Origin: an uncultured Chthonomonadaceae bacterium
Lineage (GTDB): Bacteria; Armatimonadota; Chthonomonadetes; Chthonomonadales; Chthonomonadaceae
Assembly: GCA_963817895.1 (NCBI GenBank)
Contig: CAWFQB010000003.1
Span: forward strand, 384,001-448,000
Direction of reading: 5' to 3'
DNA length: 64,000 nucleotides
A program made the translations under genes and the position numbers. Below are positions 32,271-42,899 of the stretch, piece by piece. The notes below the pieces were generated by a model. It was given only the letters and a program-made list of their open reading frames with translations. It searched no databases and was not told the DNA's origin. The stretch's first letter is position 1. Each line of letters begins with the position of its first letter.

Positions 32271-33637
32271 CAGGACGCCTGCTCTTCCGGCAGGGACGCC
32301 GACAATCCTTCAGGCGCGGGCGGATGCGTATAGTTGCGCAGCATGTTCGCGGACACGGCGGCAATCAACGGAATCAGAATGGACAACTGCAAGATGGCTT
32401 TTACGATGGAACCGGAAAAATCGTCCCGAAAGAAGGTGGTCAGAAGAAAGCCGGAGATCATAATATACGCCACGCGATGCACCATAGATTTATCGGCGAA
32501 TTTCAGCTTCTGCAATCCGTAGCCGATAAAGAACCATACGATGACAGTGCCGATCAATCCAAAATTGATGCAGAACTGCACGAAGCTATGGAAACTGCCC
32601 TGCGGCGCGTAAATCCTGTAGCCCATCATTTCCGGCTTGATAATCAGCGAGGCTTTGTCGGGCAATAAAGGGCGCGGCACAAGATTGATAAACCCACTGA
32701 GCAGAAAAATGGGGAAATTCAGCATTTCCAGCCGATCCGCTCTCAAAAATGCCAGCAGCGTTTGACTGGCTCCGATGGGTTCGACAAACATCATAAACAG
32801 GATGCCCAGGCTGTTAACGGTACTGGCAAGGCGCACCAGTCCCAGGGTTGCCGCCGTACTCAGCGCAAGCCCCAGAGTCAGCAGGGCGGAACGAAAACGC
32901 AGGCGTTGGAAATACACGGAATAGTAGATGAGAAGCATCATCAGGCTCGACAGCGCGCTCAGTCGGTGGCCTGTGGAGACGACGAGCAGGGCCGAAATGC
33001 CGTAAGCGATCATGGCGCGATTGAGGATAATTTGCCGAAATCTCAGTTTTACCACGCCGTACCGGGCGCGTAATCGCTCCTCCCATTTGATGCAGTAGAG
33101 GAAGGCGACGGCTTCCAGCAGGCCGGTTGTGGAGATGAGGACGGAACGGCGCACGTCGCCCTCGCCGCCGATGGTCGAATAGCCGTGAAACAAATCCTGC
33201 CGCGCCGAGTAGGTGGCGTAGCCCACGAGCAGGAGGCACACCAGCAGTTGCGCTTTCAGGTACACAAGCGGAAACGCGATGTTCTGGTAGACAGGCTTTG
33301 GCTTCCCCGCCTGCTGTCTACAGCTGAGTTCGGTTCCCAGGATGAACGCGCCATAGATCAGCAGGCAGAAACACAGATACAGCTCTTTGGAAGAGTTGGG
33401 AATGTTGTCAAAAAACGCGTACCAGACATTACAGGCGGGATACTCTTTGAACAGTTTCAGCAGGCCGATCAGGAACGGCAACACCCAGTAGATGAAATAC
33501 CCCAGGCTGATGGCCGTAACGTGATTGAACTCGATGCCGCGCCGTGAAATGCACTGCCGCGTGGTATAGGCGGCGAGAAGCGCGATATTGGCGAGGGTAA
33601 GCGCCCATAACAGGCTATTGTCGGAGAGTGTTGACAT
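32270..33637 (-). CDS. wzy: O-antigen/polysaccharide polymerase
   Basis: About 11 TM segments; motifs GHRLS, LVPRPLLPDK, NFGLIG, FFRD; locus context. Confidence 0.7.
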   Translation of the reverse strand: MSTLSDNSLLWALTLANIALLAAYTTRQCISRRGIEFNHVTAISLGYFIYWVLPFLIGLLKLFKEYPACNVWYAFFDNIPNSSKELYLCFCLLIYGAFILGTELSCRQQAGKPKPVYQNIAFPLVYLKAQLLVCLLLVGYATYSARQDLFHGYSTIGGEGDVRRSVLISTTGLLEAVAFLYCIKWEERLRARYGVVKLRFRQIILNRAMIAYGISALLVVSTGHRLSALSSLMMLLIYYSVYFQRLRFRSALLTLGLALSTAATLGLVRLASTVNSLGILFMMFVEPIGASQTLLAFLRADRLEMLNFPIFLLSGFINLVPRPLLPDKASLIIKPEMMGYRIYAPQGSFHSFVQFCINFGLIGTVIVWFFIGYGLQKLKFADKSMVHRVAYIMISGFLLTTFFRDDFSGSIVKAILQLSILIPLIAAVSANMLRNYTHPPAPEGLSASLPEEQAS

Positions 33638-33640
33638 AAT

Positions 33641-33682
33641 TTCACTACCGAACACATTTTGCCAGGGATTGAAAATACCCGG
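33641..33682 (+). repeat. Single arm of the 18871-type repeat
   Basis: ttcactaccgaacacattttgccagggattgaaaatacccgg. Confidence 0.8.
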
Positions 33683-33693
33683 AACAGTTGTGT

Positions 33694-34942
33694 TCAGGTC
33701 ACGCGCGCAGGATTTTCGGCGGCATCTTGCGCCGGACGCGCTTCGATAGAAACGGTTTCAGAAGAAACCGCTTCGCTGTGCCGCGCGGTGGAACGGGCGG
33801 CAAGGAAATGGCGCTCCACCAGCAGATAAAATCCCCATCCCGTCAGCAGGCTGGCGGGAACTCCCAACCCCAACAGGCACAGCAGCAGAACGGAAGGGGA
33901 CAGGGCAAAACGGGACAACAGCGCGTACAACCCCCATTTTACCAGAATGTGCGTCAAATACAGACTATAAGAGAACGCGCCGAGCCACAACGTCCGGGGA
34001 TGTTCCAAAACGCGCAGAATCAGCCCCGGTTTTGCCGCTTGATACCGCGCTGACGCGCAGGCCAGTATCAGGCAGGCAGCGAACGCGCCGACGAGCGGAT
34101 CCAATATCCACTGCCGCTCTTCAATCCAGAACGGGCGAAAAATAGCGATGGCAACAAACAGAGTGGCGGGCAATGCGCCAATCGCGCTCCAAAAATGGGG
34201 GCGCAATGCTGCCGTCCGCGCATCCCGCGCCGCTGTCACTGTTGCCGCGCCCATGCCCAAACTGAACAGGCCAAGATACCAGGGACAGGCCCAGTTCAGG
34301 CTGAACGCGGGCGGCATCACGAAATGCGGCAGCCAGCCCAGCCCGAACCCGGCAACCAGAACCGCGCCCATTCCCCACTTGCGCCACAGGGGAAGCAGAA
34401 GCAGGGGAAACAGGAAATAGATGTCCCATTCCGTAGCGACGCTCCACAGCGGAACGTTGATCGTCTCGTACCAGTCGAAGCGCAGGTTGTGAACAAGCAG
34501 CAGGTGCGACCCGACCGTTTCCCAATTCACCTCCCGCCATTGCCCGCGCGCCGGCAAGACAAAGCAGGGACAGCAGCAGCGCGGCGTAATAGGGCGGCAA
34601 AATGCGTCCCGCGCGGCGTTTTAAATAACTCGCGAACCCTCCGCGCAATCGTCTGTCCTGTGACCGGACAACGGGCAGCATCAGGCTGTAACCGGACAGC
34701 ACGATAAACAAGGCAACGGCGTAGTGTCCGTACCGCGTGACGGCGATGATGCTGCGCAGGGGCAGGGGCAGCGATACCCGCGCGCCCGACGCATCCACCA
34801 GAAACCGCGACGCGGTCAGGTGAAACAACACGACATACAGCGCGGCCAGCCCGCGCAGACCATCCAGAAATTCCAGCCGTATCGGGCGCGAAGCAGAACC
34901 ATTGTCGCGTAAGTTCGGGTTATCCTGCGCGGGATGCGGCAA
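33694..34942 (-). CDS. Acyltransferase family 3 (O-acyltransferase); frameshift near 34545
   Basis: Motifs LDGLRGLAALYV, FIVLSGY, RRAGRILPPY, WSVATEW, SYSLYLTH, LVER. Confidence 0.88.
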
Positions 34943-34954
34943 AAGCGGTATTCC

Positions 34955-35929
34955 TTAAACAAGCGTGGCGCGACGCGCCCGACTGTTGTGCCGAACGCGC
35001 AGCCACAGCGTCTGCGGCAGAGCCATGATGTTCCATGCCATCGCGCCGAAAAAGACAAGATAGTTGGCGCAAAAATTGCCCGTGTTCAGGCGTTGGCGCA
35101 ACCGGGTTTTCGCCTCGTCGCGCTGAAGCGGAAACGGATTGTACGCCACATCCCATATCAGGAGGGGGCGCAGCAGGGCGCGGGTCAAATCTTCGTTTTT
35201 AATGGAATAGCGTACCACATTGCGCAGGTACAAATAGGCGAATTTCAACGGCATACGCCCGAAACTGCCGCCCCCGGCATGGTATAGCGGAATGTTGATT
35301 GCTTTCAGCGCGTACCCGGCGCGAACCGCCCGCGCTTCCAGATCAGTCTCCTCGAAATAGGCGAAATACGTTTCATCGAACAATCCGACATCGCGAAGCA
35401 GGCGGCTTTTTATCAGCAGCGCGCAGCCAAGCAGGGTTTTGGCGTCCGCAGATTCAAGCGCGGGCGGAGAAGCCTTACCGGTGTCTTCGGTAAGATCGAA
35501 ACCGACCATGCCGATAGCAGGCGATTGTTCCGCCACATTCACGGCGCAGGCCAGCCAGTCCGGGTTCAGAATAATCGTGTCGTCGTTCAGTAACAGCACG
35601 TAATCCGCGCCCTCCTGTAACGCCCGTTCCATGACCCGATTATTTCCCCGCGCAAAACCGTCATTGACGGGATTTTGCGCCACTTCAATCATTGGAAACT
35701 CCGCCCGCGCATATTCCGCAGAGCCGTCCGTAGAAGCGTTGTCCAGCAACGTGATGTGGAAATTGGCATACGTGGTTTGCAGCAGGGACGGCAGGCATTT
35801 TTCCAGATGGTGTTTGCCGTTGCAGGTGATAACGATGATATGTGCCAGCGGCATCGCCGTCCTGTCACTTCTATCAGTCGTATCAGCCATGCTATTTGCC
35901 GCCGGGTTGTTTGTCATGTTGGTGGTCAT
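34955..35929 (-). CDS. Glycosyltransferase family 2
   Basis: Motifs LDNASTDGS, NDGFARGNN, LLNDD, FDETYFAYFEETD; start uncertain. Confidence 0.9.
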   Translation of the reverse strand: MTTNMTNNPAANSMADTTDRSDRTAMPLAHIIVITCNGKHHLEKCLPSLLQTTYANFHITLLDNASTDGSAEYARAEFPMIEVAQNPVNDGFARGNNRVMERALQEGADYVLLLNDDTIILNPDWLACAVNVAEQSPAIGMVGFDLTEDTGKASPPALESADAKTLLGCALLIKSRLLRDVGLFDETYFAYFEETDLEARAVRAGYALKAINIPLYHAGGGSFGRMPLKFAYLYLRNVVRYSIKNEDLTRALLRPLLIWDVAYNPFPLQRDEAKTRLRQRLNTGNFCANYLVFFGAMAWNIMALPQTLWLRVRHNSRARRATLV

Positions 35930-36102
35930 GGTGAGCAACGCAGTATTACCGCAGCAGTGTATGCCTTCAGTATACATCAAACGAGCGATTTGCCCTGCCA
36001 TAGCAGGGGGCATTTGTCGTTTCGAAATTGCGCTACACGCGCGAACTATACGCAAAGCAGGAGATTGCTTATGCTATGCGCGGAGTTTTTCCGTAATTCC
36101 AG

Positions 36103-36130
36103 TTGACAATGTGGAAGCTTCTGATATAAC
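36103..36130 (+). promoter_or_regulatory. Sigma70-type promoter (TTGACA-N16-TATAA[T]) interrupted by the IS insertion
   Basis: TTGACA at 36103-36108 and TGATATAA at 36122-36129; the reconstructed empty site reads TGATATAAT. Confidence 0.6.
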
Positions 36131-37271
36131 TCACCTTACGCAGGCGCACTCATGCCTTTGAGCAGTTGTAGTTCGCGGTAGGCGCTGGCAAGGGCCGCTT
36201 TGTAGAGCCTGCCTTTCATCGCAAAATGGTTCAAGCGCGTCTGCAAACGCAGACTTTCCAACTTCACATACGCCCATAAACAGGCGAAGATATGGTTGCT
36301 CTGGGTCCGAATAGTTTTGGTCGGCGACTTGGCGAAACTCGCATTGCTCTTGACCGATTTGTGATACTCTTCCACTTTCCACCGTTTTTGGTAGATCGTC
36401 TGGATGTCGCAACCGCTTAACGTCGTGTCACTCGTCACGAGATAGAGAACGCCCTGGCTGCCGTCCTTGTTTGTAAAGACCTGCTTACACAGCAGAAGGG
36501 GGAAGTTTACCCCCTCCAGCCAGATGTTCAATACGGCGTCCGCTTCGCAGCAAAGCGAGGATACGGGCATATAGCGGCCTGCCAACTTGTCTTCCTGGGA
36601 CAAAGCCACCTTGCGGTTGGCCTTAATCGGGAAGATAAAGTCGGTTTTGCCTTCGTTTTTGAGGTGCATCATCGTTTCTGCCGCGCTGAACCAAGCGTCG
36701 GCCAGGACATAGCGAAAAGGCAATTGGTTCTTCTGACATTGCGCCACCATCTCGCGCAGGTATTCGTTCTTGGTCTTGGGACACACTCGCTTGGGTTTGC
36801 CCGTCTTCTTATGCGTTTCCCAAGCCGACTTTTGGATCAACTCGAAGGCAACGGGCAGAGCGGCAGTGGGCGCGCGATACAAACAGGTCAGAATGTTGAT
36901 GCCCTTCACGTTGCGGTTGAAGCAATGATCCCAATGCCAGCAAATGAGTTCGCTTTCATCCGTATAGAGTTTTTCTTCGATGCTGTCATCGAAGACCAGA
37001 ACTGCGTCTTCACATTGTACCTGCCGTACCAAGGGTTTGACCAGATGCCACAGGTCCGAAGAAGTGAAGTCACGTCCTGACAAGAACCGCGTGATCTTGT
37101 CGTGGCTAATCGCGCCGTCGAGCAGGGTGGAAAGGCCCGTCGCGGTAGTCAGGCCGAACGAACAAAGGAGATAGTCTGAGTAAAGGTCCAGAAGTTGTTT
37201 GTCCATGACACTATTCTACCGTCAACAACAGCAAATCTGTGACTACAAACTGCTCGCCTGCGTAAGGTGAG
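36130..37271 (-). mobile_element. IS701-family insertion sequence with perfect TIRs and a target duplication
   Basis: TIR ctcaccttacgcaggcg / cgcctgcgtaaggtgag; flanking direct repeat tgatataa (8 bp, or 6 bp with an 18-bp TIR). Confidence 0.92.
36136..37206 (-). CDS. IS701-family DDE transposase
   Basis: Motifs SHDKITRFL, LVFDDSIEEK, LADAWF, YQKRWKVEEYHKSVK. Confidence 0.93.
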   Translation of the reverse strand: MDKQLLDLYSDYLLCSFGLTTATGLSTLLDGAISHDKITRFLSGRDFTSSDLWHLVKPLVRQVQCEDAVLVFDDSIEEKLYTDESELICWHWDHCFNRNVKGINILTCLYRAPTAALPVAFELIQKSAWETHKKTGKPKRVCPKTKNEYLREMVAQCQKNQLPFRYVLADAWFSAAETMMHLKNEGKTDFIFPIKANRKVALSQEDKLAGRYMPVSSLCCEADAVLNIWLEGVNFPLLLCKQVFTNKDGSQGVLYLVTSDTTLSGCDIQTIYQKRWKVEEYHKSVKSNASFAKSPTKTIRTQSNHIFACLWAYVKLESLRLQTRLNHFAMKGRLYKAALASAYRELQLLKGMSAPA

Positions 37272-37315
37272 TGATATAATAGTGTTATCAACGATTTTCA
37301 CAGGAGGGTAGAGTC

Positions 37316-37666
37316 ATGTCTACGCAAGAGTTTGCCCCAAAAGTTTTACGGAAACCGAAAAAGTCTCATGCCTCCTTTCATGTTGAGCAATGGAAGAAAT
37401 CTGTTTCTGCAAGTCAAGACGTTACTGCCTCTGCTGCGTCAGCGGTTTTTATAGACCAGTATCCTCATGCTTCTCTGGCGGGCAAATACGATGATGAGCC
37501 GCTTTGGGATGACTACATAGCTGCCATACAAGAATATCGCCAGGAGTTGAACGAAAAAGAAAGTACAACGGAGCAAACACGTAATGTGCAACACTTTCAA
37601 TCTATTCCTGACGTGAAGTTTGAAGATTGGACGCAAAAGAACATAGTTCTCAGACGAACTCATTAG
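37316..37666 (+). pseudogene. Probable toxin-antitoxin remnant: antitoxin-like ORF fused to a PIN/VapC C-terminal fragment
   Basis: GGAGG RBS; LAGKYDDEPLWDDYIAAIQEYR followed by TRNVQHFQSIPDVKFEDW, the typical PIN C-terminal motif. Confidence 0.55.
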
Positions 37667-37712
37667 ACCAGAAACCATAATATCCTGCGTCGCGCAAAAA
37701 CCCGCTAATTAC

Positions 37713-40118
37713 TTAACGGGTTTTTGTGCTATTGCGGACGCGGTAGATATTCAGATGAAGCTGCCGCAAAGTCGCCTGCTGTTGCAGCAGATAGCCTGCG
37801 TCGGGATGTATATCGGGCGCGTTAGCGGGATTGCGGTCCAGTTCCCGCTCCGCCCTGCGCATGGCTGCATAGTGGCGTTGCAGGCGCGGCATACTGGCAA
37901 GCGAGAAAAAGGCCAGCGCGATTGCAGCGGCAAGGAACAGTCGCTTGACGGGCGCGGAAAGGGTGAATTGTTCCGGCGCGTTATTGTCAGGCGTGACGGG
38001 AATCGGGCGGGCTTTCGACGCGCCATTTTCATCCTGTAGGGCAACATCGGCAGGGATATGGGAGTTTGCGTTCTGTGGCTCAATCGCGAGCAGCGCCAGC
38101 GCCAGCAGTCCCACCCAGAAAAGCTGTGAAATGGTTGTATAGCGCGAGGAGGTGGCCTGAACCACTCCGATGCTGAGTCGGCCCGCCGCGCTCACCAGCG
38201 CGCTGAGACACGCATACAGAACCATCGCGGCGTAGGGCAACAGCGTTTCCCGATCTGAGGCCGCTGCGCCCGACAGCGCCGCCGCGACCCACCACAACGC
38301 CCCTAATCCGAACAAACCCGCCGGGGTTGCGGCGGCATACAGGCTCCAGTACGGCCGCGCTTCCAGATTGCCGATGCTGAACAGGCTGCCCAGGTAGCTA
38401 ACGACATAAATGCCGAACGCGAGGGGATGGCGCAGTCCGTAGGCCAGGGACGCGCGCATGATCGGGTTATCCTCGAATTGATAGCGATAGGAGGCGATGA
38501 CCGCGCTTGCCACAACGAGCCATGCGGCCAGATACAACAGCCTGCGCCCATCACGCGGCACGCACAAAATCGCAGCCCCGCCCACCACCCAGAACAGCAT
38601 GCCGTTGGCGAAAGAGTATGTGGCGACAACGCCACAGGCCATTGCCCCCGTCAGCCGCATCCAGGAAAAAGGGCGTCCCGTTAAGGCGATAATGCCGCCA
38701 ACAACGGCGAGTACGTTTAGAAATATCTGTAACTGCCAGCCCCATTCCCAATTCTCGAACTGCCGAAACGAAAACGCGATCAGCGCGAAAAGCGGCGGAA
38801 GCCGGCGGAAAGCAGACACGCCCGCAATTCGCGCGGTTTGCCGCGCCTGATACGCGAACGCGGCGTAGATGCCCGCGCCGAGCAGCAGGTTTACCGCCAG
38901 TTCCCACCGCAAATCCCAGCCGCTCAACCGCGCGCAGGCCAGCATAATCAGACGCGGAAAGACCAGCCGATGCTCATTGTGCTGCGCCCATAAATCCGCG
39001 AACGCCAACCGGTGACGATACATCTTGTCGAGCAGGGGAACCAGCGCCCACTGATCCAGAATGGGAATGGCGACCGCGTAGCGGAAAACGCACAGCGCCA
39101 GCAGCGCGAAATTCAGCAGCGGAAAATGCCGCCAGAGCCACCACGCCCCTCTTGAGAACGCAGTCGGGGGCGGGTTCGCCTGCGTGTCCGCGTCGGGACT
39201 GACGAGAGAGTGTGTCATGCGTTCGGCCCCGTCCCGCCTGAGAAACAATCCGTGCCGGATGCCCCGCGCGACTGCTGCGGCTTTGCGCGTTCGCTGCGAT
39301 TCGAACAAAATGAGTTTCACCCAACCGCGTATCAAATCGTTGACCGTTCTGCCGAGCCAGCGCGGTTCCTGGCGAAGATACCGGCGCAGGAGATAAATAT
39401 GGTTGCGCGTCCTGTAGTACCAGCGCAGGGGCGAGTAGTTGAACGTCCACACCTGTCGGCCCAACATGCGGCGGGGCGTCAATTGTCCGACCGAATGTAC
39501 CATCAGGGGCGCGTCCGTGACAACGATGTGAAAGCCTTTCGCGCGGGCGCGGAGGCAGTATTCCGTATCTACGTGGTCAATGAACAGCGCGTCCATAAAC
39601 GGCCCGATCCGCGCATACGCTTCCAGTGACATCAGGCTGCCGGATGTAATCGCCATCACCACTTCGCGCCAGCCATCCCCGCCCCCATACGTCAAATCGG
39701 AAGCTGGATAGCCGCTCAGGTTCTGCCCCGCGTGGGTATAATTCGCGCCCACAATAGCAAGAACCGCTTTATCCGGGCAAGCGTCATAAACCTGTATTAA
39801 ACTCGCCGTGAAGCCGTCCGAAATTTGAGAGTCCTGATCGAATGTCAAGACCCACGCAAACCCCTGTGATTGCGCCCAGGCAATGCCCTGATTCAGCGCG
39901 GTCGCGATTCCCCTGTTGTCCTCATTGAGAATACAGTGATAGGCGCAGGGCAGGGACAGGGCGCAAATCCGTTCCCGCGCTTCCGGTTCCGAGCCGTTAT
40001 CCACAATTACCACACTGCTTACTTGTTCGGCTATCGCTTCGACGCGCTCTGCCAGACAATCGTCAGGATGGTAGGTGACGATGACCGCGCAGATATTGGT
40101 CGGCTGCGGGTGGATCAT
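37713..40118 (-). CDS. GT2 (rhamnosyltransferase-like) in frame with a polytopic membrane protein; possibly two genes
   Basis: N-terminal VIVTYHP, NRGIATALN, FDQDS, ITSGS, FIDHVDTE. Second part from MTHSLV carries LWAQHNEHR and SSRY. Confidence 0.75.
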   Translation of the reverse strand: MIHPQPTNICAVIVTYHPDDCLAERVEAIAEQVSSVVIVDNGSEPEARERICALSLPCAYHCILNEDNRGIATALNQGIAWAQSQGFAWVLTFDQDSQISDGFTASLIQVYDACPDKAVLAIVGANYTHAGQNLSGYPASDLTYGGGDGWREVVMAITSGSLMSLEAYARIGPFMDALFIDHVDTEYCLRARAKGFHIVVTDAPLMVHSVGQLTPRRMLGRQVWTFNYSPLRWYYRTRNHIYLLRRYLRQEPRWLGRTVNDLIRGWVKLILFESQRTRKAAAVARGIRHGLFLRRDGAERMTHSLVSPDADTQANPPPTAFSRGAWWLWRHFPLLNFALLALCVFRYAVAIPILDQWALVPLLDKMYRHRLAFADLWAQHNEHRLVFPRLIMLACARLSGWDLRWELAVNLLLGAGIYAAFAYQARQTARIAGVSAFRRLPPLFALIAFSFRQFENWEWGWQLQIFLNVLAVVGGIIALTGRPFSWMRLTGAMACGVVATYSFANGMLFWVVGGAAILCVPRDGRRLLYLAAWLVVASAVIASYRYQFEDNPIMRASLAYGLRHPLAFGIYVVSYLGSLFSIGNLEARPYWSLYAAATPAGLFGLGALWWVAAALSGAAASDRETLLPYAAMVLYACLSALVSAAGRLSIGVVQATSSRYTTISQLFWVGLLALALLAIEPQNANSHIPADVALQDENGASKARPIPVTPDNNAPEQFTLSAPVKRLFLAAAIALAFFSLASMPRLQRHYAAMRRAERELDRNPANAPDIHPDAGYLLQQQATLRQLHLNIYRVRNSTKTR

Positions 40119-40130
40119 AATTAAAATACC

Positions 40131-41162
40131 TCACCCCAACCCCTCTCCTGGCCGCTCGTTCCTCGCCAGGAGAGGGGCTTTTTCATGCTCTAAGGCGCGA
40201 TAGGGCTGCAAGGGCTGAATACGGACATTGCGCCGCATCAGGGGAATACGAATTCGCAGAAAGCGCAGGGCTTCCACAGGGTAGGCGAGGGGCGAGACGC
40301 GCGTGTTTCTTGCGGCCTGAAAATACTGCTTCGCCGCTTCAGGATGCCCATGCCGCCAGAACGACTGCGCCAGAAACAGCGAGTACACGGCTGTTTGTCC
40401 GAGTATCTGTTTGTACATGCGGCGAGAGGCAATCGAGTCGCGCCACTCCCGCGCCAGTCCCGCCCACTCCCGCGTGATCGTGCCGTTTTTAATCATCTGC
40501 TGCGTGGTTCCCGCCGCGTGGTCGAGTACCTCGCTCCCCGCATGGTCGGTGACGGCCAGATCGCCCTGCTGCGCCAGCCGCAGAAAGTAGGCCACATCGC
40601 CAATCTGCTTCAAACCCGTATCGAAATGGCCCGCCTGCTGAACGGCGGCGCGCCGCATCAGCACGCCGGAGGGATAGCCGAAAAGGGTATGCCCGTAGTG
40701 CGACAAAACCCACAGCGCGGCGGGTATCACGTCCCGGCCCCGATACAAACCGGGCGCAAGGTGTTCCCCGAACATGCCCGTCCGTTCGCCCGCCTCGTTG
40801 ACGATATAAATGCGCGTGGAAAGCAGGGCGGCTTCGGGATGCGCCTCCATAATCGCGGTTTCATGCCGCAAGCAGCCGGGAATCAGGCGGTCGTCGTCGC
40901 AAAGGATGCGAATATATTTGCCCCGCGCCAGATCAAGACAGCGATTCATATTACCGAACAGCCCCATATTGATGTCGTTGCGAACCGCGCGCAGCCGGGG
41001 ATCGGCGTAACCCTGTATCACGTCCCACGCGCCATCGGTAGAGCAATCGTCCACCACCAGAACTTCCAGATCGTCTATGTCCTGTCGCAGCGCGGAGTCA
41101 ATGGCCGCGCGGATAATGTGGGCGCGATTATAAACCGGAATGGCGACGGTGCAAAGGGGCAT
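40131..41162 (-). CDS. Glycosyltransferase family 2
   Basis: Motifs IPVYNR, VVDDCSTDG, ARGKYI.ILCDDD. Confidence 0.92.
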   Translation of the reverse strand: MPLCTVAIPVYNRAHIIRAAIDSALRQDIDDLEVLVVDDCSTDGAWDVIQGYADPRLRAVRNDINMGLFGNMNRCLDLARGKYIRILCDDDRLIPGCLRHETAIMEAHPEAALLSTRIYIVNEAGERTGMFGEHLAPGLYRGRDVIPAALWVLSHYGHTLFGYPSGVLMRRAAVQQAGHFDTGLKQIGDVAYFLRLAQQGDLAVTDHAGSEVLDHAAGTTQQMIKNGTITREWAGLAREWRDSIASRRMYKQILGQTAVYSLFLAQSFWRHGHPEAAKQYFQAARNTRVSPLAYPVEALRFLRIRIPLMRRNVRIQPLQPYRALEHEKAPLLARNERPGEGLG

Positions 41163-41217
41163 TTGGGTATTCGGTGTTCGGTGTTCGGCGTTTGGTATTG
41201 GGTTGGTTATTGTTGTG

Positions 41218-42759
41218 TCATTTTACCATATTGGGGGCGGTTGGGCGCGATTGGCGGCGCAGGCGGGTGAGAATGGCGCGCGTCCAGGGCATGGACAACA
41301 GGGTACAGGTTATAGCCGTAAGGGTTGTCAGGGCAATGCCGGGGAGCAGGACGAGGGGGGACGCGCGGGAGGAGAACAGTAATCGAGCCGCGCCGACAAT
41401 CAGCAGGCCGATGCACAGCGGCAGGGCCACATCCCGCGCGTACCACGCCTTCATTTCCCCGCGCAGCAAACGGCGGTGCATGATGGGCACTTCCAGCAGC
41501 AGATAGCCCGCATTGGTTGTCAGGCACATCGCGCAGCCGCCAACCGCGCCCCAGTGCCGGACCGCCAGCCAGGTTAGCGGAACAACCGTAATTGTCGCAA
41601 TCAGGTTCTTCGTTGCGGCAAGCGAAGTCCAGCCGTATGCGAGTTGCAGCGCGTAGGGCAGCGTGACAAGCCCGTTGAGCGCGGTTCCGATCAGCAGCAG
41701 GCGAAATATCGGCTCGGCATGGCGAACGATTTCCGGGTTGCGCAGAAACAGGGAAAGCAGTTCATGCGCGAACATCGCGCCGACAAGGGCGACCGGCACG
41801 ACGATAGCGGCCAGAATCTGGCAGCTTTTGTGATAAAACCGGGCCAATTCCGCTTCGTCTTGCAGGGCGACAAGCTGCGAAAAGCGGGGAAAGACGGCGT
41901 TGTAGATGGGGGTGAACAGCAGGGGCAGGGCGTTGTTGGCGAGACTGGCGGCTATGGTGTAGTAGCCGAAAGCGGCAAGGCTTAACGACGCGCCCACTAC
42001 CATTTTGTCGGACTGCGACAGCAGCACGGTTGTCAGGGCAACGCCGGTCATTCCCGCCGTAAACCGCGCGTTTTTATGCCACAGGTCCTTGCGGAAGCGG
42101 GCGGGAACCGGACACGCGGGCAGGGATTTCCACAGGCAGCCGACAAGCAGGGCGGTTTGTATTGCCCACACCGCCGCCATCCACCACAAATACGCCTGAA
42201 TGGTACGCGACACGAACATCAGAATCAGCAGCGCGCCGATGCTTTGCAGCGTGGCAATGAGAATACGAATCAGGTTTAACGCCACCTGTTTCTGCAATCC
42301 CGCCAGCCCGCTGCTGTAAAACGAGTCGGGCCACTGAAACACCATAATCACGCCGATAATGCGAATCGCCTGAACGACGGTAGAAGCAGGCAGGATTTCG
42401 GCGTGAAAGGCGTGACGCGCAATCCAGGGCGCGAGCAGAATGGTTCCCAACCCGATCATCGCGCCGATAAGCCAGTAGACGATTTCCAGTGTCCGCGCCA
42501 GATCGCGCTGCTCCTGTTGTGTGTCGGGCAGAGCGGAAAGGCGGGCCAGTTCGCGCATCATCAGCGGGCTGAGTCCCAGATCGAGCAGCATCACAACCGT
42601 TTGCAGCGTGATGAACACGCCCACCAATCCGTACCCCTCCGCGCCGAGAAAATCCAGATAAAACGGCACGACAAGGAAACTGACCAGCGCGGCGTACAGC
42701 CTGCCCGCCAGATTTCCCGCCACATTGCGCTTGATGGATACGCTTTTCACGCCGTTCAT
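41218..42759 (-). CDS. wzx: Oligosaccharide flippase
   Basis: About 14 TM segments; motifs LGAEGYGL, LDLGLS, SQSDKMV, FGYYTIA, FPRFSQ. Confidence 0.88.
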   Translation of the reverse strand: MNGVKSVSIKRNVAGNLAGRLYAALVSFLVVPFYLDFLGAEGYGLVGVFITLQTVVMLLDLGLSPLMMRELARLSALPDTQQEQRDLARTLEIVYWLIGAMIGLGTILLAPWIARHAFHAEILPASTVVQAIRIIGVIMVFQWPDSFYSSGLAGLQKQVALNLIRILIATLQSIGALLILMFVSRTIQAYLWWMAAVWAIQTALLVGCLWKSLPACPVPARFRKDLWHKNARFTAGMTGVALTTVLLSQSDKMVVGASLSLAAFGYYTIAASLANNALPLLFTPIYNAVFPRFSQLVALQDEAELARFYHKSCQILAAIVVPVALVGAMFAHELLSLFLRNPEIVRHAEPIFRLLLIGTALNGLVTLPYALQLAYGWTSLAATKNLIATITVVPLTWLAVRHWGAVGGCAMCLTTNAGYLLLEVPIMHRRLLRGEMKAWYARDVALPLCIGLLIVGAARLLFSSRASPLVLLPGIALTTLTAITCTLLSMPWTRAILTRLRRQSRPTAPNMVK

Positions 42760-42866
42760 TTTCCTGTGTTTGCGCTATTCGTACACGCCAATCTCAATAA
42801 CACGCCGCGCGCGATTGCCGTAATCGGGCGCGGCGTATTAAGAGCAATACTGTTCCAGTAAGCGTT

Positions 42867-42891
42867 CGTAGGGACACAACTTGTTGTGTCC
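42867..42891 (+). repeat. GTAG-type REP singlet
   Basis: Identical to 25179-25203. Confidence 0.88.
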
Positions 42892-42899
42892 TCTTCCGG

